NCBI GenBank assembly: GCA_900315145.1
Contig: OMYE01000016.1
Location: 2,385 to 66,384 of the forward strand
Origin: an uncultured Pseudomonadota bacterium
GTDB lineage: Bacteria; Pseudomonadota; Gammaproteobacteria; Enterobacterales; Succinivibrionaceae
Reading direction: 5' to 3'
Length of the DNA stretch: 64,000 nucleotides
Shown: positions 11,087-21,681 of the stretch, piece by piece
Layout of the letters: every line of letters starts with the position of its first letter
Position numbering within the stretch: the first letter of the stretch is position 1
Translations under genes and position numbers: made by a program
The notes under the pieces: model-generated
Databases searched by the model: none
Seen by the model: only the letters and a program-made list of their open reading frames with translations
What the model was told of the DNA's origin: nothing

Positions 11087-12271
11087 ATGATTAACCCAAA
11101 AATGTACGAACTCGGTTCACGTCGCAGTGTTATCAGAGAAATATTTGAATACGGCAAACTCAGAAAACAGGAGGTAGGTGAAGACAAGGTTTATGATTTC
11201 AGTATCGGCAATCCAAGCGTTGAAGCACCTGCAGCCGTAGCTGAACGCGTAAAAGAACTTCTTGAAGTAAATCCTTCTACTCTGGTTCACGGCTATACCT
11301 CTGCTCAAGGAGATCCTAAAGCACGTCAGGCCATTGCAGATGATTTAAACAACAGATTCGGCACCTCTTTTACAGGTAGCAATGTTTATCTAACCTGCGG
11401 TGCTGCTGCCTCACTGACCATCTCACTAAGATCCGTTATCGACAGTGAAAATCAGAATGTTATGGTTTTTGCTCCGTTCTTTACTGAATACAGAGTATTC
11501 ATTGAATCCATGGGAGCATCCATACAGGTAGTACCGGCATCATTCCCTAAACTAGACCTTAATTTAGACGCCTTTGAGAACATGATTAACGACAAAACAG
11601 TTGCCGTTATTCTTAACTCTCCTAACAACCCTACCGGTGTTGTTTACAGTGAGGAACAGATTATGAGACTCGCTGAAATTCTCAATAGAAAAAGTGCTGA
11701 ATTCGGTCACCCTATATACATCATCTCTGATGAACCTTATCGTGAAATAACCTATGGTTGCGTACCGCCTTTTATCACAAAATACTACGCAAATTCCCTT
11801 ATCTGCTACTCATACAGCAAGGGGCTGTCACTACCAGGAGAACGTATTGGATATATCCTTGTTCCGGATGTAATGCCTGAATGGCAGAACATGTACGCTG
11901 CAGTCTGCGGTGCCGGCCGTTCACTAGGCTTTATTTGTGCTCCAACAATGTTCCAGCACGTAATCACCAAGTGTGCACCGCTCACCTCGGACCTTAGCAA
12001 ATATGCAGCAAACAGAGACCTTATTTATAACGGACTAACTGAGCTGGGTTACGAATGCGTGCGTCCTGACGGAGCCTTCTACTTGTTTGTAAAATGTCTT
12101 GAGGATGATGCCAATGCATTCTGCATGAGAGCAAGAAAATATGATCTGCTACTGGTACCTAGTGATGATTTCGGCTGTCCGGGATATGTCCGCATAGCCT
12201 ACTGTGTATCAGCTGATACCATCAAAAACTCTATGCCGGCATTCAAAGCTTTAGCTGAGAGCTACAAATAA
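11087..12271 (+). CDS. PLP-dependent class I/II aminotransferase (AspC/AlaA-like)
   Basis: 394 aa with motifs FSIGNPS, NSPNNPTG and YSYSKGLSLPGERIGY (the Lys-containing SxSK motif). Confidence 0.8.
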   Translation: MINPKMYELGSRRSVIREIFEYGKLRKQEVGEDKVYDFSIGNPSVEAPAAVAERVKELLEVNPSTLVHGYTSAQGDPKARQAIADDLNNRFGTSFTGSNVYLTCGAAASLTISLRSVIDSENQNVMVFAPFFTEYRVFIESMGASIQVVPASFPKLDLNLDAFENMINDKTVAVILNSPNNPTGVVYSEEQIMRLAEILNRKSAEFGHPIYIISDEPYREITYGCVPPFITKYYANSLICYSYSKGLSLPGERIGYILVPDVMPEWQNMYAAVCGAGRSLGFICAPTMFQHVITKCAPLTSDLSKYAANRDLIYNGLTELGYECVRPDGAFYLFVKCLEDDANAFCMRARKYDLLLVPSDDFGCPGYVRIAYCVSADTIKNSMPAFKALAESYK

Positions 12272-12557
12272 TTTCAGCGAACCGGAACACTGCTGATTTA
12301 AGATTTTAAAAGCTTAAAATCTGATTATCCGCATTCTGATATGAAAGTTAAGAAGCGACTCAATATATTAAATTTGAATCGCTTTTTATTTGTGTCATCA
12401 GAAGAATGCCGTTACGTCACAATGTTAAAAAAATCTGCACCATATCCGGATTTCATATTGCCATGCATGAATTAGCAGAAAACGTTCTCTAAAAGTGATA
12501 AAATCAGCAGTATTTACTATAAATATTTACTATATTTTTTTGTATATGGGGCAGACA

Positions 12558-12818
12558 ATGGAAATTAAGCATTTAGACTACGTTACAACCGGCGTATGCG
12601 CTAGAGTTATATCACTCGACATTGATGAGAATCATGTTCTCTCAAATGTTCATTTTCTCGGCGGATGCAACGGCAATCTTAAAATGATAGCCAAATTTGT
12701 AAACGGCATGAAGGCAGAGGATGTTGTAGCAAAATGTTCGGGAAATCTCTGTGGTAATAAAAATACCTCATGCGCTGATCAACTGGCTCACGCTGCAGAA
12801 GCCGCTCTTAAACTGTAG
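12558..12818 (+). CDS. TSCPD-domain / TIGR03905-type small 4-Cys protein
   Basis: Motifs TTGVCAR...GGCNGNLK...CGNKNTSCADQLA. I chose the ATG at 12558 (MEIKHL...). The GTG at 12495 in the ORF track adds an implausible leader. Confidence 0.6.
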   Translation: MEIKHLDYVTTGVCARVISLDIDENHVLSNVHFLGGCNGNLKMIAKFVNGMKAEDVVAKCSGNLCGNKNTSCADQLAHAAEAALKL

Positions 12819-12843
12819 AAACGTACGGCATAAATCCTGCTTA

Positions 12844-12873
12844 AGACCTGTTCTCACGGACAGGTCTTTTTTT
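12844..12873 (+). terminator. Rho-independent terminator after the TSCPD gene
   Basis: Perfect 8-bp stem agacctgt/acaggtct with an 8-nt loop, followed by T7. Confidence 0.8.
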
Positions 12874-12944
12874 ATTTCTTTATTTTTATAAGAATTCCCG
12901 GTGTTACTCTTTCAAATACTTTTCGCTCCACAAAAGTATTCCGG

Positions 12945-12977
12945 CATAAAAAAAGTACAGTCTGTATAGACTGTACT
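12945..12977 (-). terminator. Rho-independent terminator after malE
   Basis: 9-bp stem agtacagtc/gactgtact with a 6-nt loop. The A7 run on the + strand gives a U-run on the - strand transcript. Confidence 0.75.
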
Positions 12978-13048
12978 TCAAAGACGCAATATTGTATCTA
13001 GTTAAGATATTTTACATTTTATATTATATATGTTGAGACTGTTCCGTA

Positions 13049-14239
13049 TTATTTGCTTGGATTAACAATACGATCTTCAGCAGTCTTCAACGCTTCATCT
13101 ACTGTCTGACGACCGGTAGTGGCATTCTTAAGAGCAGACTGTAATGAACTCCAGAATCTTGTCATTTCAGGAACGCTTGGCATGATATCACCCATCTTTG
13201 CATTAGCCATGGTCTGAGCAATACGAGGATCAGACTCTAACTTAGCTTCAAAGCTCTTGAGTGCAGCTGCCCCCAAAGGTTTATCATCATTCATTTCACT
13301 CAGCCCCTCATCGGTAAGCAGATAGTTAAGGAGGAATTCCTTAGCCAGGTCCTTATTAGGAGAAGCATTGTTGATAGTCATACCAAGTACACCTACAAAC
13401 GGCTTACCTGGGTTACCATCTAATGTAGGGAATGGGTTTACGCTGTAGTTAACCTTCTTGTACTGCCCCCACGACCAAGCACCATTTATAATACAGCCAA
13501 CCTTACCGGCTACGAAGCTTGATTCCATGATACCATAGTCAGCTCCCTTAGGAATATGACCGCCCTTGATCATGTTTACGAGATAGCTGAGCCCCTTCTT
13601 AGCGCCTTCATTGTTAACACCGGTCTTGGTTACATCATATACCCCCTTGGCATCGGTTCTGAATGCAAAACCGCCGTTAGCAGAAAGGAGCGGATAGCTG
13701 AAGTAGGCATTGTTGTAGTCCCACATGATTGCGTGCTTGCCTTCTTTCTGAAGCTTCTTATCGAGGTCGACCAGTTCTTCAAAGGTCTTAGGAGCTTCAG
13801 GAACGATATCCTTGTTACAAATCAGAGCAATAGCTTCGATTGAAACCGGATAACCATAGTACTTACCGTTAACCTTCATTGCATCCCAGGCCACCTTCTG
13901 GAATCTATTGAGTTCGTCTTCAGTTGGAACAATTTCAGTTAAAAGACCAGACTGAACCCATTCACCGAAACGGTCATGAGCCCACATAAAAATATCCGGA
14001 CCGTTACCTGATGCAGCATTCTGCTGGAACTTGACTTCAACCTGATCCGGATGACCTACGGTAACCTTAACACCGGTAACTTCTTCAAAACGCTGACCTA
14101 CACGGGCAATACCATCATAACCTTTATCACCGTTAACCCAGATAGTCAACTGTCCTTCTTCAATTCCTGCAGCAGAAGCAACAGTGCAACCTAAAAGGGT
14201 GGCTAAGCCGATGGCGGCAGATAAAATTCTTTTTTTCAT
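13049..14239 (-). CDS. malE: maltose/maltodextrin-binding periplasmic protein
   Basis: [41 protein letters not shown]...[21 protein letters not shown] is colinear with E. coli MalE, and a signal peptide is present. The ATG at 14239 follows GAGGAAAG. The track start at 14254 is a TTG inside that SD. Confidence 0.88.
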   Translation of the reverse strand: MKKRILSAAIGLATLLGCTVASAAGIEEGQLTIWVNGDKGYDGIARVGQRFEEVTGVKVTVGHPDQVEVKFQQNAASGNGPDIFMWAHDRFGEWVQSGLLTEIVPTEDELNRFQKVAWDAMKVNGKYYGYPVSIEAIALICNKDIVPEAPKTFEELVDLDKKLQKEGKHAIMWDYNNAYFSYPLLSANGGFAFRTDAKGVYDVTKTGVNNEGAKKGLSYLVNMIKGGHIPKGADYGIMESSFVAGKVGCIINGAWSWGQYKKVNYSVNPFPTLDGNPGKPFVGVLGMTINNASPNKDLAKEFLLNYLLTDEGLSEMNDDKPLGAAALKSFEAKLESDPRIAQTMANAKMGDIMPSVPEMTRFWSSLQSALKNATTGRQTVDEALKTAEDRIVNPSK

Positions 14240-14659
14240 TAATTCTTTCCTCAAAAAATTATTACAAACTTACTATCTCAATGTGATCAGTCAGTTAGTC
14301 GGTCTTTTGTGTTGTTTATTATTAATTACGGATTGTGAGTGAAATGCATTATACCTAACCGCCCCTGTCATCAGGAGCAGCATCTAACTTGGAGGCTATG
14401 ATATACGATCATTTAATTACTTTCTTTTTGAAAACCTTTTTTTATGATTCCGTCGCAAAAATATAATAAAATTGTATTATTTTTGTTAATCAACCGACAA
14501 AAACAGCAAATAAATCCATTATTTCGATTAAGTTCTCACTAGTCCAAAGTAACTGTTTTTCTAAGTTTAACGACATTTTCCCGTATCATCTGGTTCAATG
14601 AAAAATGTAAACAAAATGATAAAATTATAATTATACCGGAAGTTAGTATTTATCATAAA

Positions 14660-14693
14660 CGTAAATTTTCCCAAAATTCCTACTAAAATCCCC
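14660..14693. repeat. IS left terminal inverted repeat
   Basis: cgtaaattttcccaaaattcctactaaaatcccc equals the reverse complement of 16711-16744 with 3 mismatches. Confidence 0.85.
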
Positions 14694-14780
14694 ACCCAAA
14701 ATAATTAATGAATTCATTGTCACATAAGCGTTTGTGAAGATCAATTTATTCTTTACTACCCCCGAAAATTGACATATAAT

Positions 14781-14801
14781 TTTAGTAGGATTCCTACTAA
14801 A
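14781..14801. promoter_or_regulatory. subterminal palindrome that reuses the IR core, a candidate transposase-binding or operator site
   Basis: tttagtagga-t-tcctactaaa has 10-bp perfect arms. Each arm equals the TCCTACTAAA core of the terminal IRs. It lies 33 bp upstream of the transposase ATG. Confidence 0.5.
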
Positions 14802-14833
14802 GGAATATGTGGCGGCAGTAAGGGGATCAGGGT

Positions 14834-16660
14834 ATGCCAATTTACCGGAATATTGTTGTTGACATTCCATCTAAATGCTATATCGAGAAAAAGGATCAAA
14901 GTGTATTTGTAAAGGACAGGAACGAATATGATCCTGCTGTGAAATATAATCGGGTAAGCCATGTAATTATCGGCAGGGCAATTGACAAGACAAGGATGTA
15001 CCCCAACCATAATTTCCGCATGAGATATCCTGAAGCTTTTCAGCAGGCGGCGGGAGAACCGCAGCTGAAATCCATAAAGAGGATGGGGATGTATGCCGTT
15101 GTCCTGGCTCTTCTGGAAAAGAACTCCATGTACCGGTGCCTGCACGAAACCATGGGAATTGAGTCGGCAAACCTGATTCTTGATTTTTGCATGTATTCCA
15201 TACTCCATCATTCAGCTGTTTCCGATCACTTCAGAACAGCCATGTCTGAACAGCTGCTGTTCTCCCGCAATCTCAAATCCGGAAAGGATTTATCTTCGTT
15301 TTTTAATCAGGATGAGAATATTGAAAGGCTGGAAAGGTTCAAGACAGAATGGGCAGGAGCCTGCAAAAAACGCGGGATAAAGAATGTCTGGCTGGCAATT
15401 GACGGCTCAAATAATGATTGCGCCGCAGATGCCGATATTGCTGAGCGGGGGTACGCAAAATCCAAAAAGGATGTTCCGGTCGTTAGTTATCTTTATGCTG
15501 TTGACAGCAGTGACGGAACCCCGATAAGCTTTGATGTTTACCGGGGCAGCCGAGTTGACAGCAAAGCCGTTATGAAAATGATCGGATGGCTGAAAGCATA
15601 TGAGATGAATGTCAAAGGGGTGGTGGTTGACCGGGGTTTTGCAACCAAAGATGTTCTTGAGATGCTTGACAGCAATGAACTTCAATATGTTGCCATGCTC
15701 AAGGGAGATACAAACGCTCATAAGACAATGCTTGCCGAATATGCATCCAAAATCAGCAGGCAATTCGAGTTCATGCTGGACAGATATGATAACAGCGGAA
15801 AAACAGACAATGTCAGAGTCTTCAGCAGTAATGACAATGTTTACTATGGGATATCATCAGAGGATAAGGTTAAGCTGTTTAAGCAGCATAAGTATAAGGC
15901 TTATGTTTCTCTGATTTTTGACGGACAGAACGGTGAGGAGCGCCAGCAGAACTGGTTTAAAAAGGTCTCTAATGCTGCGGTGGATTTGCAGAACAGACTG
16001 AATTCAGGAGAAGATGCCAAAGTTCCGAAGGAATTTGAAAAAAGCATGGAAATCCAGCAAAATGAAGGCAGGAAAACAGTCCTGATAAATATGGAAAAAG
16101 TACAGATCTGCGGCGATCAAAAAGGATTCAGTTCTCTTGCAACTTCCGAAAAGATGAGCGCCGGAAGAGCCAATGAAATTTACACCATGCGAAGCTCTGT
16201 TGAAGCTGATTTTGCGATAGTTAAAACTCAGCTTGGTTACGGCAAGACCGGAGTACACAGTGAAACTGGGATAAAAACCAAGATTTCCATTGGTTTCATC
16301 GCCTCTGTGATTCGAAATGAACTGCTGAAAGCTGCAAAAAAGGCGGGACTTCCTACCAATAAAATAGCAAAGGAAATCAACTACATTACGATGGGGCTCA
16401 ATCAAAGCGACCGGTATTTTGTCTCTCATACCGAAAGTAAGAAACAAAAAGAGTTCCTTAAGGAATGCGGTGTTCTCCCTGCAGATCTGGATCGTATAGC
16501 CGAGGCTGAAAATAAGAGAATTTCCAGTAAAGAACCGAACCCGTTCCACAAATTCCCTAAAGCTAACACAAAGGAAAAAAAGTCAAAGAGCGGACAGTCA
16601 AAAGCTGACAATTCCTCCGTCAGCGGGACATCATCTGTTACTGCTGGCAAAGAGGAATAA
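14834..16660 (+). CDS. DDE transposase, IS4 superfamily
   Basis: 608 aa. Candidate catalytic D (WLAIDGSNND), D (VVVDRGFAT) and E within an exact Y-x2-R-x3-E-x6-K motif (YTMRSSVEADFAIVK), which is the IS4-family signature. Confidence 0.85.
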   Translation: MPIYRNIVVDIPSKCYIEKKDQSVFVKDRNEYDPAVKYNRVSHVIIGRAIDKTRMYPNHNFRMRYPEAFQQAAGEPQLKSIKRMGMYAVVLALLEKNSMYRCLHETMGIESANLILDFCMYSILHHSAVSDHFRTAMSEQLLFSRNLKSGKDLSSFFNQDENIERLERFKTEWAGACKKRGIKNVWLAIDGSNNDCAADADIAERGYAKSKKDVPVVSYLYAVDSSDGTPISFDVYRGSRVDSKAVMKMIGWLKAYEMNVKGVVVDRGFATKDVLEMLDSNELQYVAMLKGDTNAHKTMLAEYASKISRQFEFMLDRYDNSGKTDNVRVFSSNDNVYYGISSEDKVKLFKQHKYKAYVSLIFDGQNGEERQQNWFKKVSNAAVDLQNRLNSGEDAKVPKEFEKSMEIQQNEGRKTVLINMEKVQICGDQKGFSSLATSEKMSAGRANEIYTMRSSVEADFAIVKTQLGYGKTGVHSETGIKTKISIGFIASVIRNELLKAAKKAGLPTNKIAKEINYITMGLNQSDRYFVSHTESKKQKEFLKECGVLPADLDRIAEAENKRISSKEPNPFHKFPKANTKEKKSKSGQSKADNSSVSGTSSVTAGKEE

Positions 16661-16710
16661 GCCAACAATTTTGACAAGCTAAAAAGGACTTTTGCTTCTG
16701 GGTCTGGATT

Positions 16711-16744
16711 GAGGGTTTTAGTAGGATTTTTGGGAAAATTTACG
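16711..16744. repeat. IS right terminal inverted repeat
   Basis: gagggttttagtaggatttttgggaaaatttacg, the reverse-complement partner of 14660-14693. Confidence 0.85.
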
Positions 16745-16849
16745 CCGGTAATACGCACTGACTGTCAGGAATAAACACCAAAAACCACACCTAAAAAAAC
16801 ATTTTGTTCTAAAAGAATCTCTATCCCCCCCTTTTTCTTCTTTCTTCAA

Positions 16850-16885
16850 TAAAAAAAGGGAACATCGTTTTTCGAAGTTCCCTCT
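16850..16885 (-). terminator. Rho-independent terminator after the mscK-like gene
   Basis: agggaacatcg/cgaagttccct stem with one mismatch. The A7 on the + strand gives a U-run for the - strand transcript. Confidence 0.65.
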
Positions 16886-16942
16886 GAACATCAGGATACT
16901 GAAATAATCCTTCCGCATCCTGTCTCTCTGTATATACGTCTG

Positions 16943-19900
16943 TTAGACACTCGGCTGCTTAACAGGAGTCACTGTCTGACCGGAAGTTTTTTCCGTTCCG
17001 GAATTAGTCCCTTTACTGGAAGCCATTTCCCTTTTGTAGGCTTCTTCTGTAGAACCAGACTTCTGTTTCAGCATATCCACACTATCAATCTTTATTTCCT
17101 GACCGTCTTTGACATTCTTAACGTAAACATCAACCTGATTAAAGGCAATTTCAATATTGTTGGCATTAAAGGTCTTGAATATATCACTGTTAATGGTATC
17201 TATACACGGGTACCTGTCAGATATTTTTTTGGTGTAAAGATAAAAATCTATATTCAGATTGCTTTCTCCAAAGCTCATGAAATATATCTTAGGTTCAGGA
17301 GAAGACATAACATAAGGATTTCTAGCAGCAATCTCTGTTAAAAGCCTTTTAACCTTATCAATATCAGAACCATAACCTACGCCGACCTGGATAACCACCC
17401 TAGTTATCGTATCCCTGAGTGTCCAGTTTGTCAGGGCACTGGTGATTAATGAACGGTTTGGAACCACGTATTCTTTCAGATCAAAATCGACAATAGTCGT
17501 AGCTCTTATACGGATACGTGAGACAGTACCGCTGTGATCGTTTATAGTAATGATATCACCTATGCGCACCGGTCTTTCGAACAACAGAATAAGACCTGAT
17601 ACGAAATTAGCGAAGATTTCCTGTAAGCCGAAACCCAAACCTACAGATAACGCTGCCACCAGCCACTGAACCTTATCCCAACCAAGACCTATGGTCGAAC
17701 ATACAAATGCCGTATCGATGGCTATGAGAAGATAGGTAATAATGGTTGTTACAGAGTAGCTGTATTTCTTAAGCCATTCCCACTGATTGAAAATAAGCAC
17801 CTGCATCACACCTGGAAGGTTCTTGATAACAACAGCACCAATACCGAGAGCATATGTAACCAGAAGCATGTCGAAAGCAGTTATAGCCCTTCCTGCATCC
17901 CCCGAACCGACCTTATAGAGCGTAAAATTCTTAAGATAATTGGTAACTGTTATTAAATCACCCCATATACTGTAAAGAATCACGGCCAGTAAGAATATAA
18001 AAATCTGGTCAACAATTGTGACAGTCTGCTCACTGACCTTATTGGCACTGATTTCGTTGCTCTGAAAAATCAACGCTATATCAAGATCGTCTTCTGCAGA
18101 CTGACCGGCTGAATTTTCCATCTTCTTTTTCTGTTCTTCACGCCACTGCTTATATCTCTGCTTGAACGTGTATACCCTGAAGGTTCTTTTCACCAGACTG
18201 CGGAGCAAATCGTACACCAGAATGATAAACAAAGATATAATTATCTGATGACAAATAAGCACTGCGGAATAATAATACCCCATGTAGGTGATAACCGTCT
18301 GGGTGATACATGCCGCTGCAGCTATGGCATAAATAAACTTTTTACGTAACAGCACATTATTCTTTTTAAGACTTCTTAAAAGAAGCTTGATGAATACCCC
18401 TGAGAGATACAGGGATACCAGAAACATAATAAGCTGCCCCATCAAATCTGATGAGAATATCTTTGGCGAGTTGATACGCCACAGAATAACCAGCCATATC
18501 AGAGAAATACAGATAAAAATATTTCTATATGTTCTATAAAGAACCCTGTCAAAATCCACGTTGAACAGTTTATCATTTATGCCGTTTTCAGAGTAAAACT
18601 TAAGGAAAAAGGTTGAACCGGCGGCCAGCAGTGATACCCCCCATACAATAAACAGTGAACGACCGTCCATAATAATACTTTCAATATCGTCACTATTATA
18701 GAGCTCGGTTACGTTTGAAAAAACATATCCCAGGAAGAAAACCACCAGGAACCACTTGAGACCATGCATGGCATCGGCAAACAGTGCTATAAGAGCATCA
18801 CTGTATCCAGCCTTCATCTGCTTGTTGTAGTTCTTGATAATGACATCCTTTTTCTTGTTGGCTATTCTGCCTACACAGAAAGCTATTACAAAAGCAAGGA
18901 CAAGCCCCACCATTACTAGAAGCTGCTTAGGTTCCGGAACAGTTAATCTCAGGCTGTTGAAATATGAAACCAAAAAGAAATCCCTATTGGAAATATTATC
19001 TACAATCTGGTTTAGCCACTTCTTACTGCCGCGAAGATTTGACGGATTCCAGAACAGAGCATTTTTCACCTTTTCTTTAAGACGCTGGCGGAGTTTTTCA
19101 TAGCTTGTATAGCTTATCTGCAGACTCATCGCATTGCGGGTGTTGGCATTAAGAAGCAGATTAAGCTCAGAAAGAAGCTTTAATCTGAGTTCCAGATTGG
19201 ATTTTACAGATTCTTCAAGCTTTGGATCTGCGGCAAATTCATCCTTGTACTGTTCATAAATTACCTTTTTCTCATTCTCCAGTTCATTCATATCGTGTCT
19301 GATACGGTATGACATCATACGGTGCTCTGAAAGAGTATCGGTAAAATTATCCGGAAGAGATGCCTTCTTATAAAGATTGCTAGGATCTAGCAGAATCTTG
19401 GCAAGATAAACGGTTCCTTTAAAATAGGAAATCTGATTATCTATATCCGCCTCAAATTTCTGGGCTTCGTCAATCATTTTAGTAATACGGTTGTTATCTA
19501 TAACGTATTTATTATTCTCATGATTGATTTCTTCGATAAGTTTCTGAGTATAACGGTTCTTTTCTGCAAGTTCCAAAACAGCAGGATGAGAACTGGCGTT
19601 GTTTACAATCTCATCAACCATGTCCTTGGTTTCACTTAATTCCTTCTTTCTGAATTCATGCTGTATCTTATTCAGTTCATCAAGGAATTTTTCAGCCTCA
19701 GCAACTATCTCCTGACGCAAATTCACGCCCATTCCCAGATTTTTGTAAGAAATATCATAGTTATTCAGCATAAACTGGATGACGTTAATTTTTGAGGCAT
19801 AACTGGCATTTTGAGCCTTAAGACGCAGATATTTGGACTGATTCACTGTCTGATCAACATCAGTGAGAGCAGCATTGTTCTCCTGAGTCTGAGCTGTGAG

Positions 19901-20608
19901 CTCTCCTATTTTGGCAGTAGAATCCTTAATAAAGTTATTGGAATTGTCGTAAAAATTCTTTACGCGGTTATAAGCAGTGGTTGCCTGTTCCTTTTTTTTG
20001 GAGTACTTGGCTATCAGGATTGCAGTATCCGCACTGGTTATAGATTCCAGTGTCTTTCTGTCCTCTTCAAGTTCCTTAAAGAAATTATTGTGTTCAGTTA
20101 AATAACGATTGTTATTAGGATCCATGTTGATAAAACCATAGATCCATTCCATAGTTTTCACATCCTGAAGAATTTCCTGATTGCATTTCCTGATAGCAAG
20201 ATAATCTTCAAGACTGAGTGCCTCTTCAGAACCGATAATACCGTCCTTTTCCTTCTGTTGCAGTGCTTTAATGCGACTGTCAATTTCCTCAACGGTAACA
20301 CCTATTCTAGACGGATCGTTTGTTTTAAGCCCGTCTCCAAAACTTAAGGATTCTTCGTTATTCTCTTTATTTTCCCCGGTATTGTCAGCACCGGATGTTT
20401 CTCCATTTTTTCCGGCTGCAGCCTTCCTGTCCGGAGCATTAACCACCTGTCTGCTACCGGCTTTACCTTCCGATTTATTGACGGTGGTAGCCCATGATGT
20501 ACTGACTCCCACTGAAAAACAGACAGTCATCATCAACGCAAGGCGTGTAATATTTTTAGTTAACTTCATTTTGATTTTAGAAAAAAATATCTTTAACCAT
20601 GATTCCAT
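16943..20608 (-). CDS. large mechanosensitive channel of the MscK/KefA (MscS superfamily) type
   Basis: 1221 aa with a signal peptide, a long coiled-coil periplasmic region, ~11 TM segments and a C-terminal MscS core (FANFVSGLILLFERPVRIGDIITI). The alternative start M14 at 20569 (MKLTKNITRL...) is equally plausible. Confidence 0.85.
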   Translation of the reverse strand: MESWLKIFFSKIKMKLTKNITRLALMMTVCFSVGVSTSWATTVNKSEGKAGSRQVVNAPDRKAAAGKNGETSGADNTGENKENNEESLSFGDGLKTNDPSRIGVTVEEIDSRIKALQQKEKDGIIGSEEALSLEDYLAIRKCNQEILQDVKTMEWIYGFINMDPNNNRYLTEHNNFFKELEEDRKTLESITSADTAILIAKYSKKKEQATTAYNRVKNFYDNSNNFIKDSTAKIGELTAQTQENNAALTDVDQTVNQSKYLRLKAQNASYASKINVIQFMLNNYDISYKNLGMGVNLRQEIVAEAEKFLDELNKIQHEFRKKELSETKDMVDEIVNNASSHPAVLELAEKNRYTQKLIEEINHENNKYVIDNNRITKMIDEAQKFEADIDNQISYFKGTVYLAKILLDPSNLYKKASLPDNFTDTLSEHRMMSYRIRHDMNELENEKKVIYEQYKDEFAADPKLEESVKSNLELRLKLLSELNLLLNANTRNAMSLQISYTSYEKLRQRLKEKVKNALFWNPSNLRGSKKWLNQIVDNISNRDFFLVSYFNSLRLTVPEPKQLLVMVGLVLAFVIAFCVGRIANKKKDVIIKNYNKQMKAGYSDALIALFADAMHGLKWFLVVFFLGYVFSNVTELYNSDDIESIIMDGRSLFIVWGVSLLAAGSTFFLKFYSENGINDKLFNVDFDRVLYRTYRNIFICISLIWLVILWRINSPKIFSSDLMGQLIMFLVSLYLSGVFIKLLLRSLKKNNVLLRKKFIYAIAAAACITQTVITYMGYYYSAVLICHQIIISLFIILVYDLLRSLVKRTFRVYTFKQRYKQWREEQKKKMENSAGQSAEDDLDIALIFQSNEISANKVSEQTVTIVDQIFIFLLAVILYSIWGDLITVTNYLKNFTLYKVGSGDAGRAITAFDMLLVTYALGIGAVVIKNLPGVMQVLIFNQWEWLKKYSYSVTTIITYLLIAIDTAFVCSTIGLGWDKVQWLVAALSVGLGFGLQEIFANFVSGLILLFERPVRIGDIITINDHSGTVSRIRIRATTIVDFDLKEYVVPNRSLITSALTNWTLRDTITRVVIQVGVGYGSDIDKVKRLLTEIAARNPYVMSSPEPKIYFMSFGESNLNIDFYLYTKKISDRYPCIDTINSDIFKTFNANNIEIAFNQVDVYVKNVKDGQEIKIDSVDMLKQKSGSTEEAYKREMASSKGTNSGTEKTSGQTVTPVKQPSV

Positions 20609-21201
20609 CTACCATTCCAAGGAACAGGATTTCTGCATTACCTAATCTGTATCTGTCAAAATCCCTTCCTAAAACAAAGGAATGGTTCAGTCATCTCCTA
20701 CAAAACATGGGTATTTTACCAAAAAAAGCAAATAATTAATTTTTTTATGAAACAAGTATTTGATACATGCCTATTTACATATATTCCCGTAAGAATATAT
20801 TTCTGAAATCGTAACACCGTGTTTTCAAGTTTTCAGCAGGAATTATTCCTGCCGAAAGAAACAGAGACAGCACACTGTAAGCCAGACTTTCATAACCGAC
20901 AATCACAGTATAAGTAGCTTTCCGGTAATATAATTGAATTAAAATTAATTTTTTAATAGAATTAGCACCGGATTGGCAGTAATCAGTTTTATCCATGCAC
21001 CTCTTTTATAAAGCTGACTCCGACTGTATGGGATACCACCGGAGAAATACCTGTTTTATCAGGTACGGTTTTATGGTAAACATGTATATATAACTCCAAG
21101 ACAGTGAAGAGAAGAGAAATAAAAGTTCCGCCTCTCCGGAAAATAATTAAACACCTTTGAGTTATAAAGAATAATCCTGAAAGATTTCCAGCCGAATATA
21201 A

Positions 21202-21681
21202 AAACGGGATACGTTCACAGACTGTCAGCCTTCATCATTAACCAACCCAAACACCATCACTAATGCCGGTATTGAGGTTTCCGGACAGACGAGTATTTTT
21301 GATAACGAACATCATCAGGTATCAGCCAGTATCACATCTACTACATATCCCCTAAAAAATAACATACAGGCTACAGTTTCCGTAAAAACAATAGAACCGC
21401 CGCAATTTCAAGAAGACGGAAGACTCTCTCTTATAGAACTCTGCCAGGAACTGGGTATATCCACGGCTACAGGAAGAAACTGGCTGAAACTTGGAAAGCT
21501 TACCGCAGGTAAAGATAATAAATTCACCAGAAGCTACCTTAACCGGCTGCGTCAGGAGCTTCAGGATAAAGGCAACAGTACTCTGAAAACCCGTCGTAAT
21601 AAAAAACTGACATCAGGCCATAAAATATACACCTCATATATTCCGGAATATTCATATAACATAACCCCTGTTATTACTATT
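21202..21681 (+). other. 160-codon open frame contiguous with the methyltransferase ORF, without ATG/GTG/TTG; it encodes an HTH-like segment
   Basis: Same frame as 21682, with a TAA stop at 21199-21201 and no stop afterwards. Translation includes EDGRLSLIELCQELGISTATGRNWLKLGKLTAGK, which resembles an excisionase/MerR-type HTH. Confidence 0.5.

Larger units (their letters stand above)
14660..16744 (+). mobile_element. intact IS element of the IS4 superfamily (IS4/IS1634-like), ~2.09 kb
   Basis: 34-bp terminal inverted repeats (31/34 identical) bracket a single 608-aa DDE transposase ORF. No flanking direct repeat is evident. Confidence 0.85.

Noticed and set aside
14255-14660. MalT boxes or a malK-type divergent promoter upstream of malE
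   Set aside because: Only loose GGAG(C/G) matches are present, and nothing close to GGGGA(T/G)GAGG. I could not support a call.
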